In this document: in pieces, positions 47,960 to 57,082 of the stretch
How positions within the stretch are numbered: position 1 is the first letter of the stretch
Layout: each line of letters begins with the position of its first letter
NCBI GenBank assembly: GCA_965649265.1
Contig: CBFGKC010000009.1
Span: 32,001-96,000, forward strand
From: a candidate division WOR-3 bacterium
GTDB lineage: Bacteria > Hydrothermota > Tepidihabitantia > B3-TA06
DNA: 64,000 nt
Direction: 5' to 3'
Notes under the pieces: generated by a model
What the model was told of the DNA's origin: nothing
Database searches by the model: none
The model's input: only the letters and a program-made list of their open reading frames with translations
Made by a program: the position numbers and the translations under genes

Positions 47960-48643
47960 CTAACCTACCCTGTTGAAAATTTTATTTATGCCGGCCTTGA
48001 GCAACCCTATCACGAAGAATGCGCCAGGAGCAAGCCCGAAGAAGAGAATGGGATTCTCCTGAAAGCCCTTGGGCATTACCGGCATTTTGAACCATGTTCC
48101 TTTACCTAAAAGTTCGCGGATAGTTCCCATAAGGACGATAGCCACCGCAAAACCCAGCGACTTGTTGACGCCGTCAAGGAATGAGCCCCAGACCCCGTTA
48201 GTGTAGGCGTAGGCCTCGGCTCTTCCGAGTATAATGCAGTTGACGACGATCAAGGGAACGAAGATGCCCAGAACCCTATAAAGCGCAGGCTGGTAGGCTT
48301 GCATCACGTAGTCGATTATGGTTACGAAGGTGGAGATGATGACGATGAATACAGGGATGCGAACCTCATTCGGTATGACCTTGCGAAGCAGAGAAATAAC
48401 AACGTTTGAGAGAACGAGTACGAACAGCACCGCGGCGGACATGCCCGCGGCATCGAACGCCGTTCCCGAGGTGGCCAGGGTGGGACAGAGACCGATCATG
48501 AGAATGAGTACGGGGTTGTCGATAATTATGTCCTTGAAGAACTTGGCTAACCCAGACTCACCCTTCGGCTTTTCGAGCACTGCAACCTGCTCAGCGCCCT
48601 CCTGGAGGGCGAGCGTTTCTTGGGATTCAGCTTGGGTGTTCAT
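47960..48643 (-). CDS. rnfE: Rnf complex subunit E
   Basis: NPVL..IGLCPTLA, VRIP, LGIFVPLIVVNCIILGRAE, RELLG, PGAF. Confidence 0.96.
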   Translation of the reverse strand: MNTQAESQETLALQEGAEQVAVLEKPKGESGLAKFFKDIIIDNPVLILMIGLCPTLATSGTAFDAAGMSAAVLFVLVLSNVVISLLRKVIPNEVRIPVFIVIISTFVTIIDYVMQAYQPALYRVLGIFVPLIVVNCIILGRAEAYAYTNGVWGSFLDGVNKSLGFAVAIVLMGTIRELLGKGTWFKMPVMPKGFQENPILFFGLAPGAFFVIGLLKAGINKIFNRVG

Positions 48644-48653
48644 ATCGGGGTGA

Positions 48654-48681
48654 AGTATACGCCCTGTGGAAGTATTGTCAA
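48654..48681 (-). promoter_or_regulatory. sigma70-like promoter directly upstream of rnfE
   Basis: TTGACA-16 nt-TATACT, 10 nt before the ATG, no SD sequence. Confidence 0.75.
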
Positions 48682-48786
48682 GAATCAGGATGATCGAGAC
48701 CCCTCACTGCAAGTTACGTTATTACTAGACTAATTTGTCGATTCAGTACGACACAAAACTTAGAAGGCTGCGTCCAGGGAAGGTTT

Positions 48787-48848
48787 CTGAGGACGGCTGA
48801 GGAGTGCTGAGGGGGCTGAGGGGGGCAGGAGGAGGGCTGAGGGAGGGC
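48787..48848. repeat. CTGAGGRGGG tandem array (about 10-bp period)
   Basis: CTGAGGACGG CTGAGGAGTG CTGAGGGGG CTGAGGGGGG CAGGAGGAGGG CTGAGGGAGGG. Confidence 0.85.
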
Positions 48849-48923
48849 GGCGACATCGAATGTCGCTTGTCGAACTTCGTTCGACCGGAAGGTTCATGGG
48901 TATTTTTTAAGAGAAAATGTGAA

Positions 48924-48966
48924 GGGTGTTACTGAGGGGGGCTGAGGGGGGCTGAGGAGGGCTGAG
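48924..48966. repeat. GGGTGTTAC fused to a CTGAGGRGGG tandem array
   Basis: GGGTGTTA CTGAGGGGGG CTGAGGGGGG CTGAGGAGGG CTGAG, ending 2 nt before a TTGACC -35 box. Confidence 0.85.
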
Positions 48967-49001
48967 TATTGACCTCCAGTTTAATTAGAGTAAGATAGGT
49001 G

Positions 49002-49838
49002 ATGCGTAAGTACTTATCGATACTTTCAATAACAGGGCTCGTGCTGGGATTTGCGGGGTGCACGAGTTTCGACCCTGATGCCGCAGAAAAAGAGATCCGA
49101 AGCCTGGTCCAGGCCGATACCGGCCGTATGCTCCTTTCCGGGGTGTCCCTTGAAATAGATATTCCTTCAGCGGATTCGGTGAGTGCCGACAGCCAGTGGC
49201 TTGTAACCGGTATAAGTATCTCGACTGACTTCGAATCAGAGACCCTTGGCGTATATTTCAACGAGGAGATAAAGAATGATACATCCGTGACAGTCGGCGA
49301 TTCGGCGCTCGTACTCGTGGAACGCTTTTACAAAGGGACTCTTATTTCTACCCTTACGCCCAAATCAGGAGGGTCATCGACCGAGGTTACAAAAAATTTC
49401 GGGACGAGGAGACAGCAGTGGAGCGAGTATGTAAACGCGGAAGGCTGGAGCGCGCTCGCTTATTCTTTTGCCGACGAACGATCGGATACCAATACGACTC
49501 AGATATTCTCCCTGGGCATCAAGTCGACCAGCCTTGACACAACAATTGACTCACCAGGCTATCTGGCGTTTGAAAACGAGCTGCCCTCGATAGCCAAGGG
49601 TTCGACGCTCACATTGTCTTTGCGGACCGCGAGCGACACCAACGAGATAGTCTGCCTTGCCAAGGGCGGAGAAGTGGCGAGGTTTTTGCCTCAGGAGGGC
49701 CAGGCCAAGCGCTGGCAGGCCGAGATCACTCTGGATTCCTCACCGCTCATCGTATGCATAATCAAGAAAGATGCCCTCGCGGAATCCTCGTATCCCGCCG
49801 ACATTGACATCTGGTTGATTCCCGTGCGCATGAATTAG
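49002..49838 (+). CDS. Hypothetical lipoprotein
   Basis: MRKYLSILSITGLVLGFAGC lipobox; promoter TTGACC-16-TAAGAT 5 nt upstream. Confidence 0.8.
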   Translation: MRKYLSILSITGLVLGFAGCTSFDPDAAEKEIRSLVQADTGRMLLSGVSLEIDIPSADSVSADSQWLVTGISISTDFESETLGVYFNEEIKNDTSVTVGDSALVLVERFYKGTLISTLTPKSGGSSTEVTKNFGTRRQQWSEYVNAEGWSALAYSFADERSDTNTTQIFSLGIKSTSLDTTIDSPGYLAFENELPSIAKGSTLTLSLRTASDTNEIVCLAKGGEVARFLPQEGQAKRWQAEITLDSSPLIVCIIKKDALAESSYPADIDIWLIPVRMN

Positions 49839-49852
49839 CGCTTAAAAGGGAT

Positions 49853-50575
49853 CTATTCGATGAGGGAATCGGGGGCGTGCAGGTGGTAACTCGCGTAACG
49901 GCGAATGAGTTTTGAAATGACTGCCGGGAATTGCCCGGGGAGAGCTGAAAACCCGGAAGGGGGCGATTCGGAAATCATATTAAGCAGGACGCTCTCCGAT
50001 TGAGTGAGATTGATAACTCCCTTCTCCTCGGTCGCGTGTTCCGGACAGAGAAAGCCGCCAGCGGGAATAGAGAACTTTCGTGCGGCTCCCCTGCCGCACA
50101 CGACGCATCCTTGCATGATACTCGGCGGGTAGCCGCTTACGGCTGCGGCCCTCCAGATGTAGAACTCGAAAAGCGAGTTCGAGACGCTGCCCTTTTCCAG
50201 GGTTCTCAGAACGGCGATAGTCAGGTTATACAGGCCTGAATTCGCTTCTCCGGGCTGGGAAAGATGGGTGAGAAACCTGAGTATCCTGCCCAGAAGAAAC
50301 AATTTTTCAGAATCCTCCCGCACGCTCTGGTGAGACTCGATGATATCGACCGCCGAAAGAGTCCAAAGACTCCTCTCCTCCCTTTCGTAGTATATGAATT
50401 CGGCCAGTGTTCCCGGTTCAAGGCCCGCGCCGAAGCGCGAACCGGGTTTTCGCGCACCATGAGCGAGCACGTCTATCCTGCCGCCCTCCCGGACAAGCAA
50501 AGTCGCTATCTTTGATGATTCGTGGAAAGGTCTCGATTTCAGAACCAATCCTTCACAGCGAACGAGCCTGGACAT
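49853..50575 (-). CDS. recO: DNA repair protein RecO
   Basis: EGLVLKSRPFHESSKIATLL..GRI..AHGARKPGSRFGAGLEP; Zn finger CVVCG..GGFLC. Confidence 0.92.
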   Translation of the reverse strand: MSRLVRCEGLVLKSRPFHESSKIATLLVREGGRIDVLAHGARKPGSRFGAGLEPGTLAEFIYYEREERSLWTLSAVDIIESHQSVREDSEKLFLLGRILRFLTHLSQPGEANSGLYNLTIAVLRTLEKGSVSNSLFEFYIWRAAAVSGYPPSIMQGCVVCGRGAARKFSIPAGGFLCPEHATEEKGVINLTQSESVLLNMISESPPSGFSALPGQFPAVISKLIRRYASYHLHAPDSLIE

Positions 50576-50577
50576 TT

Positions 50578-52452
50578 TTAAACCAGAACGAGGATGAATT
50601 CCAGCGCGAGCGCAAGAGCCGCGAGAATCAACAGGAACAAGGTAAGGCTTTTTGGAGCAGACATTTCAAGAGGATACACCCCCACCCCCGCCTTTTTTAA
50701 CTCCAAGTCCTTGATCTTTGAGGAAGACGCTTCCCGGGGATCAGGATTAATTACAAAACTTTCCGGACCTATCTTGTAGAGACCTGCCTCTGTGGTCGAA
50801 GCGAAACGGGCCTCGTAACCGTTGCTCGTGAACAGAGGAAACAACTCATATTGAACCGAAGGCGTCTCGACGACGACCGGCGCGGGACCCGGCAGTTTTA
50901 CGGAAAGCGTGTCACCCACGTACGAGACACGATTAAACCCGACGCCTTCCGCAGAGGCAATGATTTTTTGCAATAAAACAGGGAAAAGTCCCTTGTAGAC
51001 CATATCGGTATACGCGGGTGTAAATCTCGCCGCGACGTACGTGACGTCGAGAGCCGTATCGACGAGGATAAAAGGAGCCCCGGAACTGAAGCGCGCGGCA
51101 ATCACGGCGTCTCGCCGTTCCAGATGCGCATGCTTGAATATCTTCACCTGCGCCAGGTCCTTGTAGTCGATGGGAGAAAAGAAAGACGTGCTTTTGATCG
51201 TTTCGAATCCCGAGGATGAGGATTCGTTCACCTGCCCCGCTTCCCTGCCGAGCAGGACGAGTTGAGGAACGCCCTCTCTTGCGACCGCAAGCGCCTTGTC
51301 GGGCAGGCCTTCCGCACCGTCCCAGATAACCAAATCGAAGTTCGCGAAGGAATACGCCGGCGCCGATTGCTCGGGGATTTCGCTCACGTCGAACCAGCCA
51401 AGGGCGTTCAAACCCAGAATGAGCATGTCGGAATCGGATTTGCGAACCAGGGCGACGCGAACGGCTCCTTTTTGGGGCGCAAGGACGAATCGCTCGTTAT
51501 CCTGCGGGATCGAATCCTCATCGAGGCTTACGGAAAGAATCCCCGGCTCCGCCGGTATCAAGAAACCGACACTCTTTTCGGTCCATTCGCCCGGCTCCGC
51601 ATCTGAACCCACCCCCCCCTCCTTGCCTGCGTAACCAAGACTGACGACGCGCTCCTCTATCACCTGGTCGTCGGATTTTAAGTATATTTTAGTGTCGATT
51701 CTTTTTCCCGAACGCGAGAGCGCGACTTTCAGGGTCTGCGCCTCGCCGGGCAAGGGGAACTGGGGTTCCAGCGCCGCGTCGAGAATCGAGGTGTTTTGCG
51801 GAGGTGCTTTTTTATCCAGAAAACACAGCAATTTTATGTCCACCGGAACCCTCAAGTCTTTAAGAAAGGCGAGGGCGTGTTCCTGGCCGTCCGATACTAT
51901 CGCGAGCCTGCGATCCGGTTCCTTGCTTCGCGCAAGAAGCACGAGGCCGGCCTTGTATGCACTTTCAAGATCGCGGCCGCTGGCAGAGACGGCCGTTTTC
52001 GTCAATCGTTCGACGGCGGATTCCGGATCGCTCCACGACGTGTCCCACAAGCTTCCGGAAGGCGTTATCAACGCCACGCGGCTTTGCGGGGTCAATTCAC
52101 CTGCCAGTCGTAAAGCCGTATTTCTCAACTCGTCGAACCGAGCCGAGGTCGAGTAGGAATCGTCGAGGACTATCACGAGATCGGCCCTGGTGCGGCCTAC
52201 GGGAAACCTCGCCTGGAATGAAGGACCGGCAAGGGCAAGAAGGATGGCCGTAAGAAAGAGAGTCCGGAGCAGAAGAAGGGCAATGTCGCGCAGTTTGAGC
52301 CATCTGAAGCGGCGCTCGCGCATGCGGCGAAGAAAGAAGAGTGAACTGAACTCCATCTGCCTGAGTTTCCGCCTGCTCAAAAGATGCAGCAGCGTGGGAC
52401 CCGCGGTAAGGGGGAGCGCCAGGAGGAACCAGGGATGCGCGAAAGTAATCAT
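50578..52452 (-). CDS. BatA N-terminal / VWA domain membrane protein
   Basis: FAHPWFLLAL..P..LHLL..FSSLFFL..LLLLR..ALAGP; VLDDSYS, SDGQ; C-terminal TM helix. Confidence 0.88.
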   Translation of the reverse strand: MITFAHPWFLLALPLTAGPTLLHLLSRRKLRQMEFSSLFFLRRMRERRFRWLKLRDIALLLLRTLFLTAILLALAGPSFQARFPVGRTRADLVIVLDDSYSTSARFDELRNTALRLAGELTPQSRVALITPSGSLWDTSWSDPESAVERLTKTAVSASGRDLESAYKAGLVLLARSKEPDRRLAIVSDGQEHALAFLKDLRVPVDIKLLCFLDKKAPPQNTSILDAALEPQFPLPGEAQTLKVALSRSGKRIDTKIYLKSDDQVIEERVVSLGYAGKEGGVGSDAEPGEWTEKSVGFLIPAEPGILSVSLDEDSIPQDNERFVLAPQKGAVRVALVRKSDSDMLILGLNALGWFDVSEIPEQSAPAYSFANFDLVIWDGAEGLPDKALAVAREGVPQLVLLGREAGQVNESSSSGFETIKSTSFFSPIDYKDLAQVKIFKHAHLERRDAVIAARFSSGAPFILVDTALDVTYVAARFTPAYTDMVYKGLFPVLLQKIIASAEGVGFNRVSYVGDTLSVKLPGPAPVVVETPSVQYELFPLFTSNGYEARFASTTEAGLYKIGPESFVINPDPREASSSKIKDLELKKAGVGVYPLEMSAPKSLTLFLLILAALALALEFILVLV

Positions 52453-53339
52453 CTGAGCCTTCTGCGCTTCTCGATGTAGCGGAAAAGCGCATGCTCAAGA
52501 CTCTGGTCCGTTCGTATGGGGTTGTAATCTATGAGATGCTCCGCGCACGACGTCTTCAGGAGATTGCGGTATTCATCGAGGGCTTTGCGGTATTCCGAAC
52601 GCACGAGCCGCGGATCGAGGCTCGCCTCCCTGCGGGTTTCCATGTCGACGAACCTCTGGGGACTCGTGAACTCGAATCGCTCCTCCTGAGGGTCGAGGAT
52701 GTGGAAGAGTATAACCTCGTGCTTGCGGTGCCTGAAATGACGAAGCGCAAGCAGAACGTTTTGAGGGTCGTCGAAGAGATCGGAGAATATCATGATTAGC
52801 CCGCGCTTGCGGCTCCGTTCGGCCAGGCCGTGCAGGCTTTCGGCGAGGTTCGTTTCGCCGCCGGGGCGCAATTCCTCGAGTCTTGAAAGAAGAAGCTGAA
52901 GGTGATTGCGCGAGGAGCGGGGCGGAACGTATTCCTTTATCTTCGTGTCGAAGGTAGCCAGGCCGACTGCGTCCTTCTGCTTAATGAGAAGGTAGGCCAG
53001 CGCCGCCGCCAGCGTAGTTGCGTAGTCGAGCTTGGAGAGCGAGGACGACTTGTAAGCCATTGAACCGGACGCGTCCACAAGAAGCATTGCCCGCAGATTG
53101 GTTTCCTCCTGGTATTCGCGGACGTAGAACCGGTCGCGCTTGGCGTAAACCTTCCAGTCGATGCGGCGCGGCTCGTCACCCGGGATGTAGGGGCGGTACT
53201 CGGAGAATTCGACCGAAAAGCCCTTGTACGGCGAGCGGTGCAGACCCTCGAGGAAACCTTCAACGACGAGCCTTGCCTTCAAGTCGAGCCCCCGCATCCT
53301 TGCAAGGGTTTCGGGCTTGAGAAGCTCTTCCCTCTTCAT
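52449..53339 (-). CDS. DUF58 domain protein
   Basis: GLHRSPYKGFSVEFSEYRPY.PGD..RRIDWK, EETN, VDASGSM, SDLFD. Confidence 0.94.
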   Translation of the reverse strand: MKREELLKPETLARMRGLDLKARLVVEGFLEGLHRSPYKGFSVEFSEYRPYIPGDEPRRIDWKVYAKRDRFYVREYQEETNLRAMLLVDASGSMAYKSSSLSKLDYATTLAAALAYLLIKQKDAVGLATFDTKIKEYVPPRSSRNHLQLLLSRLEELRPGGETNLAESLHGLAERSRKRGLIMIFSDLFDDPQNVLLALRHFRHRKHEVILFHILDPQEERFEFTSPQRFVDMETRREASLDPRLVRSEYRKALDEYRNLLKTSCAEHLIDYNPIRTDQSLEHALFRYIEKRRRLR

Positions 53340-54280
53340 GAAGACTTGGAGGAGGGCCTGGAGGAGGAGGGCGGAGAGGAGGGGTGCGAGGTACGCTTCA
53401 GGGGAACGTCGAACGAGGAGGACGAGGGTGTTGCGGGGACGGGGATGAGGCGGTTGTCGATGAGCCTTGCCCTGCCAAATTTGACCGCGAGCGCGAAAAG
53501 AACAGTACCTTTGATTTTCTTAACCTCCTCGAGGGTTTCCGGGTCGACGGCGGCAACGTAGTCGATGCGGTCGGGGTTTGCGGCCGCTATCATATCGAAC
53601 ATCCGCTTGAGGATCACTGAGGCGTCCCTCTGGCCGTCCGTGACCATCTTGTCAGCCTCGGCAAGAGCGCGGTTGAGGACGAGCGCTCGCTTACGCTCGT
53701 CAGGCGTGAGATAAGTATTGCGCGAGCTCATCGCAAGGCCGTCTGCCTCGCGCACTATATGGCAGGCAACGATTCGGATGTCGAAATCGAGATCGCGAAC
53801 CATGCGACCGATGACCGCGAGCTGCTGCCAGTCCTTTTGCCCGAAGTAGGCAGCGTGAGGCTTTACGATGTTGAAGAGCTTGGCCACGACAAGGCTTACC
53901 CCGTCAAAATGGCCAGGCCTGGTCTTTCCACACAGGTGGCCGGTCAGGCGATGGACGTAAACGTGGGTGAGAGAGGGTTCGGGGTACATCTCCCCAACCT
54001 CCGGATAGAAAATTACATCCACCTTCTCCTTTTCCAGAAGAAAGCGGTCACTGTCAAAATCCCTTGGGTAGGCAGTCAGGTCCTCGCCCGGCCCGAACTG
54101 GGCAGGATTGACGAATACGCTCACGACAACGAGGTCGGCCTCACCCCTTGCACGGCGCACGAGGGACATGTGCCCTTCATGAAGGTATCCCATTGTAGGT
54201 ACAAAACCTATGCTCTTGCCTTCCGCCCTTGCTTCATCGGCCCAGGTCTGCATCTCGCGGACGGTTCTGATAATCTCCAT
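53336..54280 (-). CDS. panC: Pantoate--beta-alanine ligase with Ser/Pro-rich C-terminal extension
   Basis: FVPTMGYLHEGH, SVFVNPAQF, RPGHFDGV, FGQKDWQQ, READGLAMSSRN, RLIDN. Confidence 0.96.
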   Translation of the reverse strand: MEIIRTVREMQTWADEARAEGKSIGFVPTMGYLHEGHMSLVRRARGEADLVVVSVFVNPAQFGPGEDLTAYPRDFDSDRFLLEKEKVDVIFYPEVGEMYPEPSLTHVYVHRLTGHLCGKTRPGHFDGVSLVVAKLFNIVKPHAAYFGQKDWQQLAVIGRMVRDLDFDIRIVACHIVREADGLAMSSRNTYLTPDERKRALVLNRALAEADKMVTDGQRDASVILKRMFDMIAAANPDRIDYVAAVDPETLEEVKKIKGTVLFALAVKFGRARLIDNRLIPVPATPSSSSFDVPLKRTSHPSSPPSSSRPSSKSS

Positions 54281-54499
54281 GATTTCTATACTAGGCGAAG
54301 GCGGCAACTTGTCAACAAGTTCCGGCAGCGACTGTGAGATTGTCGGGATTTACTACAGCTTGCCGGTTTCGAGTACTTCCAAAGTCGTGGTTTTGCGAGA
54401 GTTCTAATAAACCAGGCGTGGAACGAAAATTGCTTGGATAATAACGAACAGGTATGATTAAGTATGGGTGGGCCGAAACACATATACTAAAGGAAGGAA

Positions 54500-54874
54500 A
54501 TGAATACATCAGTACGCTTTGAAAGACGGCTCGCTCAAGATGAAGTGGTGTATCGGCAGGGAGAAAGAAGCACTGAGATGTACTACGTGCGCAAGGGCAG
54601 GGTGAAGATAGTGGTAAAAGGCTGGGGAAACGAAACCCTTTTGACGGTTGTCGATGAAGGAGGCTTCTTCGGCGAGACGGCCCTGGTAGAGAACACGCCG
54701 CGAATAAACTCCGCGATCGCCCTGGAGGATACAGAACTTCTCGTGATCGACAGGGAATCGTTTGAAGCCAACCTTGCCTCGAACCCGGTGCTAAAGCATA
54801 TCCTTGAGACACTGATCCGGCAGCTCAAGGATATAACCGCCCTCGTGCACGAAAAGGAAGTCGTGAAGATTTAG
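54500..54874 (+). CDS. Stand-alone cyclic nucleotide-binding domain protein
   Basis: YRQGE, MYYVRKGRVKI, FFGETAL..PRINSAIA; no HTH domain. Confidence 0.88.
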   Translation: MNTSVRFERRLAQDEVVYRQGERSTEMYYVRKGRVKIVVKGWGNETLLTVVDEGGFFGETALVENTPRINSAIALEDTELLVIDRESFEANLASNPVLKHILETLIRQLKDITALVHEKEVVKI

Positions 54875-54930
54875 CGTGAATGGTCTGGGGAGGGCGAACG
54901 CCGGGGGAGCGTGGATAGAATGGAATTCTG

Positions 54931-54973
54931 CAGAGGGGGGCTGAGGAGGGCGGAGGGGGGCGGAGGAGGGCTG
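54931..54973. repeat. C(T/G/A)GAGGRGGG tandem array
   Basis: CAGAGGGGGG CTGAGGAGGG CGGAGGGGGG CGGAGGAGGG CTG. Confidence 0.85.
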
Positions 54974-55171
54974 TATGGAAAACTTGCAGCATGTATTAAA
55001 GATGTACACTCATACCCGCATATCGAGAGGGAGGGGGGCCGCGACGATGGGAGAGCGGGTTTCACACGCCTGAGCACAAAGGTGAGTGCAAGTCCGCCCT
55101 CCCCCTTTTTTGCCCCTTGACATATCCCTGCCCCGGCGTAATGTAGGCTGATTACATAACTGGAGGTACAC

Positions 55172-56584
55172 TTGAAGCGAGTGATTGTTACAAGCCTGAT
55201 AAGCTTTATGTCTCTCCTCGCTGGCTGGTGGGGCACATACGGCGGCGACCTTGAAGAGTATGGAAACTATATCCTCAAAACAACAGATGGAAATTACCTG
55301 CTTGCCGGCAGCACAGAATCGTTCGGCCCGGTGTACGGTAAATCAGCGGCATGGCTCATGAAGATTGATTCTTCAGGAGATACCCTCTGGACCCGCTCTT
55401 TTCCCATGGACTCCGAGACGGTTACGACCGCCAAAATGATTCTTGAAGAAGAGGACAGCGGTTACGTTTTTATCGGTGACGGAGATCGGGGGAGCATACT
55501 CGTGAGAACGAATAAAGATGGTGATACACTCTGGACGCGAAGGTATGGCTCATCGTTGGATCTTACCTGGCCTAATTATATTGAAAAGACCGGTGACGGC
55601 GGTTACGCGATAACTGGAAGGGCTTATTTATCCGACTACAACTATTATTTGTGGATACTGAAGACCGATTCCTGTGGTGACAGCCTCTGGGCTAAACTAT
55701 ATGCAGGTGACGACTTCTCCGGTAATTGTGGAAAATACATATTCGAAACGGATGACGGCGGCTACGTAGTACTTGGAGAAATAGGTGAGATTACCGATAA
55801 GAGTGAAACCAACATTTGGTTCCTGAGAACGGATTCTCTCGGAGATACACTCTGGACAAGAATCATTGGAAGAGAAAACGGTTCCTATGATGTTGTTTAC
55901 AGCGTGTGCCCCGACGAAGACGGCGGCTACACCATTTTTGCCAGCCTCGATTCGGTTACATGTTTTCTAAAGATGGATTTTATGGGGAACGTCGTCTTCG
56001 AAAAAAAATATGAACCATTATTCGCAATCAGGGCAACATCATTTAAAACACTGCCCGGAGATAAAGGTTATGTCCTCTGCGGCTACCTGAGGGAATCTTT
56101 CATAATGAAAGTTGACACTGCTGGCGAAGAAATAGGGATTAACTATTTCCCTGGCCCAAGCAACGACTATCTAAATTCACTCGAGTTGACAGAAAACGCA
56201 GGATTCATCGCCGTAGGTTCGACCTCATCATGGGGAGCAGGAATGAGCGATATCTGGATTGTGTGTATAGACTCCCTCGGCGACACACTCGGCGTCTACG
56301 AGCCCTCCTCACCCGTAACACACCCACCCTCCCCCGTAACCCCAGTAACACCCCGTCTCGAAATATCCTCACCAATTAATTCGGAGATCACCCTGCGATA
56401 TTCCCTGAACCTGAGCGAGCGTGGGACCCTCAAGCTCTTCGACGCCTCGGGCAGGATGGTTTCAAGCATCTGCGTTCACGGGCAAGGCGAGGTGAAGGTC
56501 GCAGCACTCACCCCGGGCGTCTACTTCGCCCGGCTGGAGGCGGAAGGATTGCGAGTTACGCAGAAAGTGGTCATTCTGAGATAG
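55172..56584 (+). CDS. Secreted beta-propeller repeat protein with T9SS-type C-terminal domain
   Basis: Repeated KTDSxGDTLWTR units; FDASGR..PGVYFARL..TQKVVILR; GGAGG before the TTG start. Confidence 0.88.
   Translation: MKRVIVTSLISFMSLLAGWWGTYGGDLEEYGNYILKTTDGNYLLAGSTESFGPVYGKSAAWLMKIDSSGDTLWTRSFPMDSETVTTAKMILEEEDSGYVFIGDGDRGSILVRTNKDGDTLWTRRYGSSLDLTWPNYIEKTGDGGYAITGRAYLSDYNYYLWILKTDSCGDSLWAKLYAGDDFSGNCGKYIFETDDGGYVVLGEIGEITDKSETNIWFLRTDSLGDTLWTRIIGRENGSYDVVYSVCPDEDGGYTIFASLDSVTCFLKMDFMGNVVFEKKYEPLFAIRATSFKTLPGDKGYVLCGYLRESFIMKVDTAGEEIGINYFPGPSNDYLNSLELTENAGFIAVGSTSSWGAGMSDIWIVCIDSLGDTLGVYEPSSPVTHPPSPVTPVTPRLEISSPINSEITLRYSLNLSERGTLKLFDASGRMVSSICVHGQGEVKVAALTPGVYFARLEAEGLRVTQKVVILR
56301..56354. 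repeat. In-frame AGCCCTCCTC + CCCGTAACAC repeat insert (PSSPVTHPPSPVTPVTP)
   Basis: AGCCCTCCTC ACCCGTAACACACCCACCCTCCCCCGTAACCCCAGTAACACCCC. Confidence 0.8.
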
Positions 56585-56711
56585 CCCTTTTCATCTGCGA
56601 GCTAGCCGCTGGGGGCGGCATGGGCAGAAGCAAAACTTCCGCAGTCAAGCGACTGTGGCGATCTCCTGGCACAAAGCTCGAAACTCACTGGATACATTTA
56701 TAGATTAATGC

Positions 56712-56811
56712 GATTGCTTCGTCCTCCCGGGGAGTCCTCGCAATGACGTTGGTTTTTGTATAATAAAAAGGGTAGTCTTTGCGAGTGTCGCTGTGAGCGA
56801 CCGAAGCAATC
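56712..56811. repeat. Inverted pair of REP/RPE-like palindromic elements
   Basis: GATTGCTTCG...CTCGCAATGAC facing GTCTTTGCGAG...CGAAGCAATC. Confidence 0.7.
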
Positions 56812-56979
56812 TATTCCCGGAGGGAATGTACCTTATTAAGGAGCATTTTCGTCAAGACGAAAATAGAGTGCTCCCCTACTCGGGGTCCCCAAAGGAGTGC
56901 CGGAGGCAATCCTTTGGGGTGATCTTTTACCCTGAAATCACCCCAAAAATTACTCGATTTTGACCTCAAAAACCCTGTT

Positions 56980-57051
56980 TTGTCCATCTTTTGACCATCT
57001 TTTGTCCTACTTAGTTATCCACATTTTTGACGCGCTGCGTTAATCCTGACC
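56980..57051. repeat. Dispersed non-coding element, copy 2 (three 11-bp units plus DnaA box)
   Basis: TTGTCCATCTT TTGACCATCTT TTGTCCTACTT AG TTATCCACA TTTTTGACGCG...TTAATCCTGACC. Confidence 0.85.
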
Positions 57052-57082
57052 GGGGTTTTAGCATAGATTCGAGGTGAACTAT

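Noticed and set aside
48851-48885. LexA/SOS box (GTCGAACTTCGTTCGAC)
   Set aside because: Spacing is CGAAC-N3-GTTCG rather than N4, and the flanking genes are not SOS genes; more likely a small hairpin.
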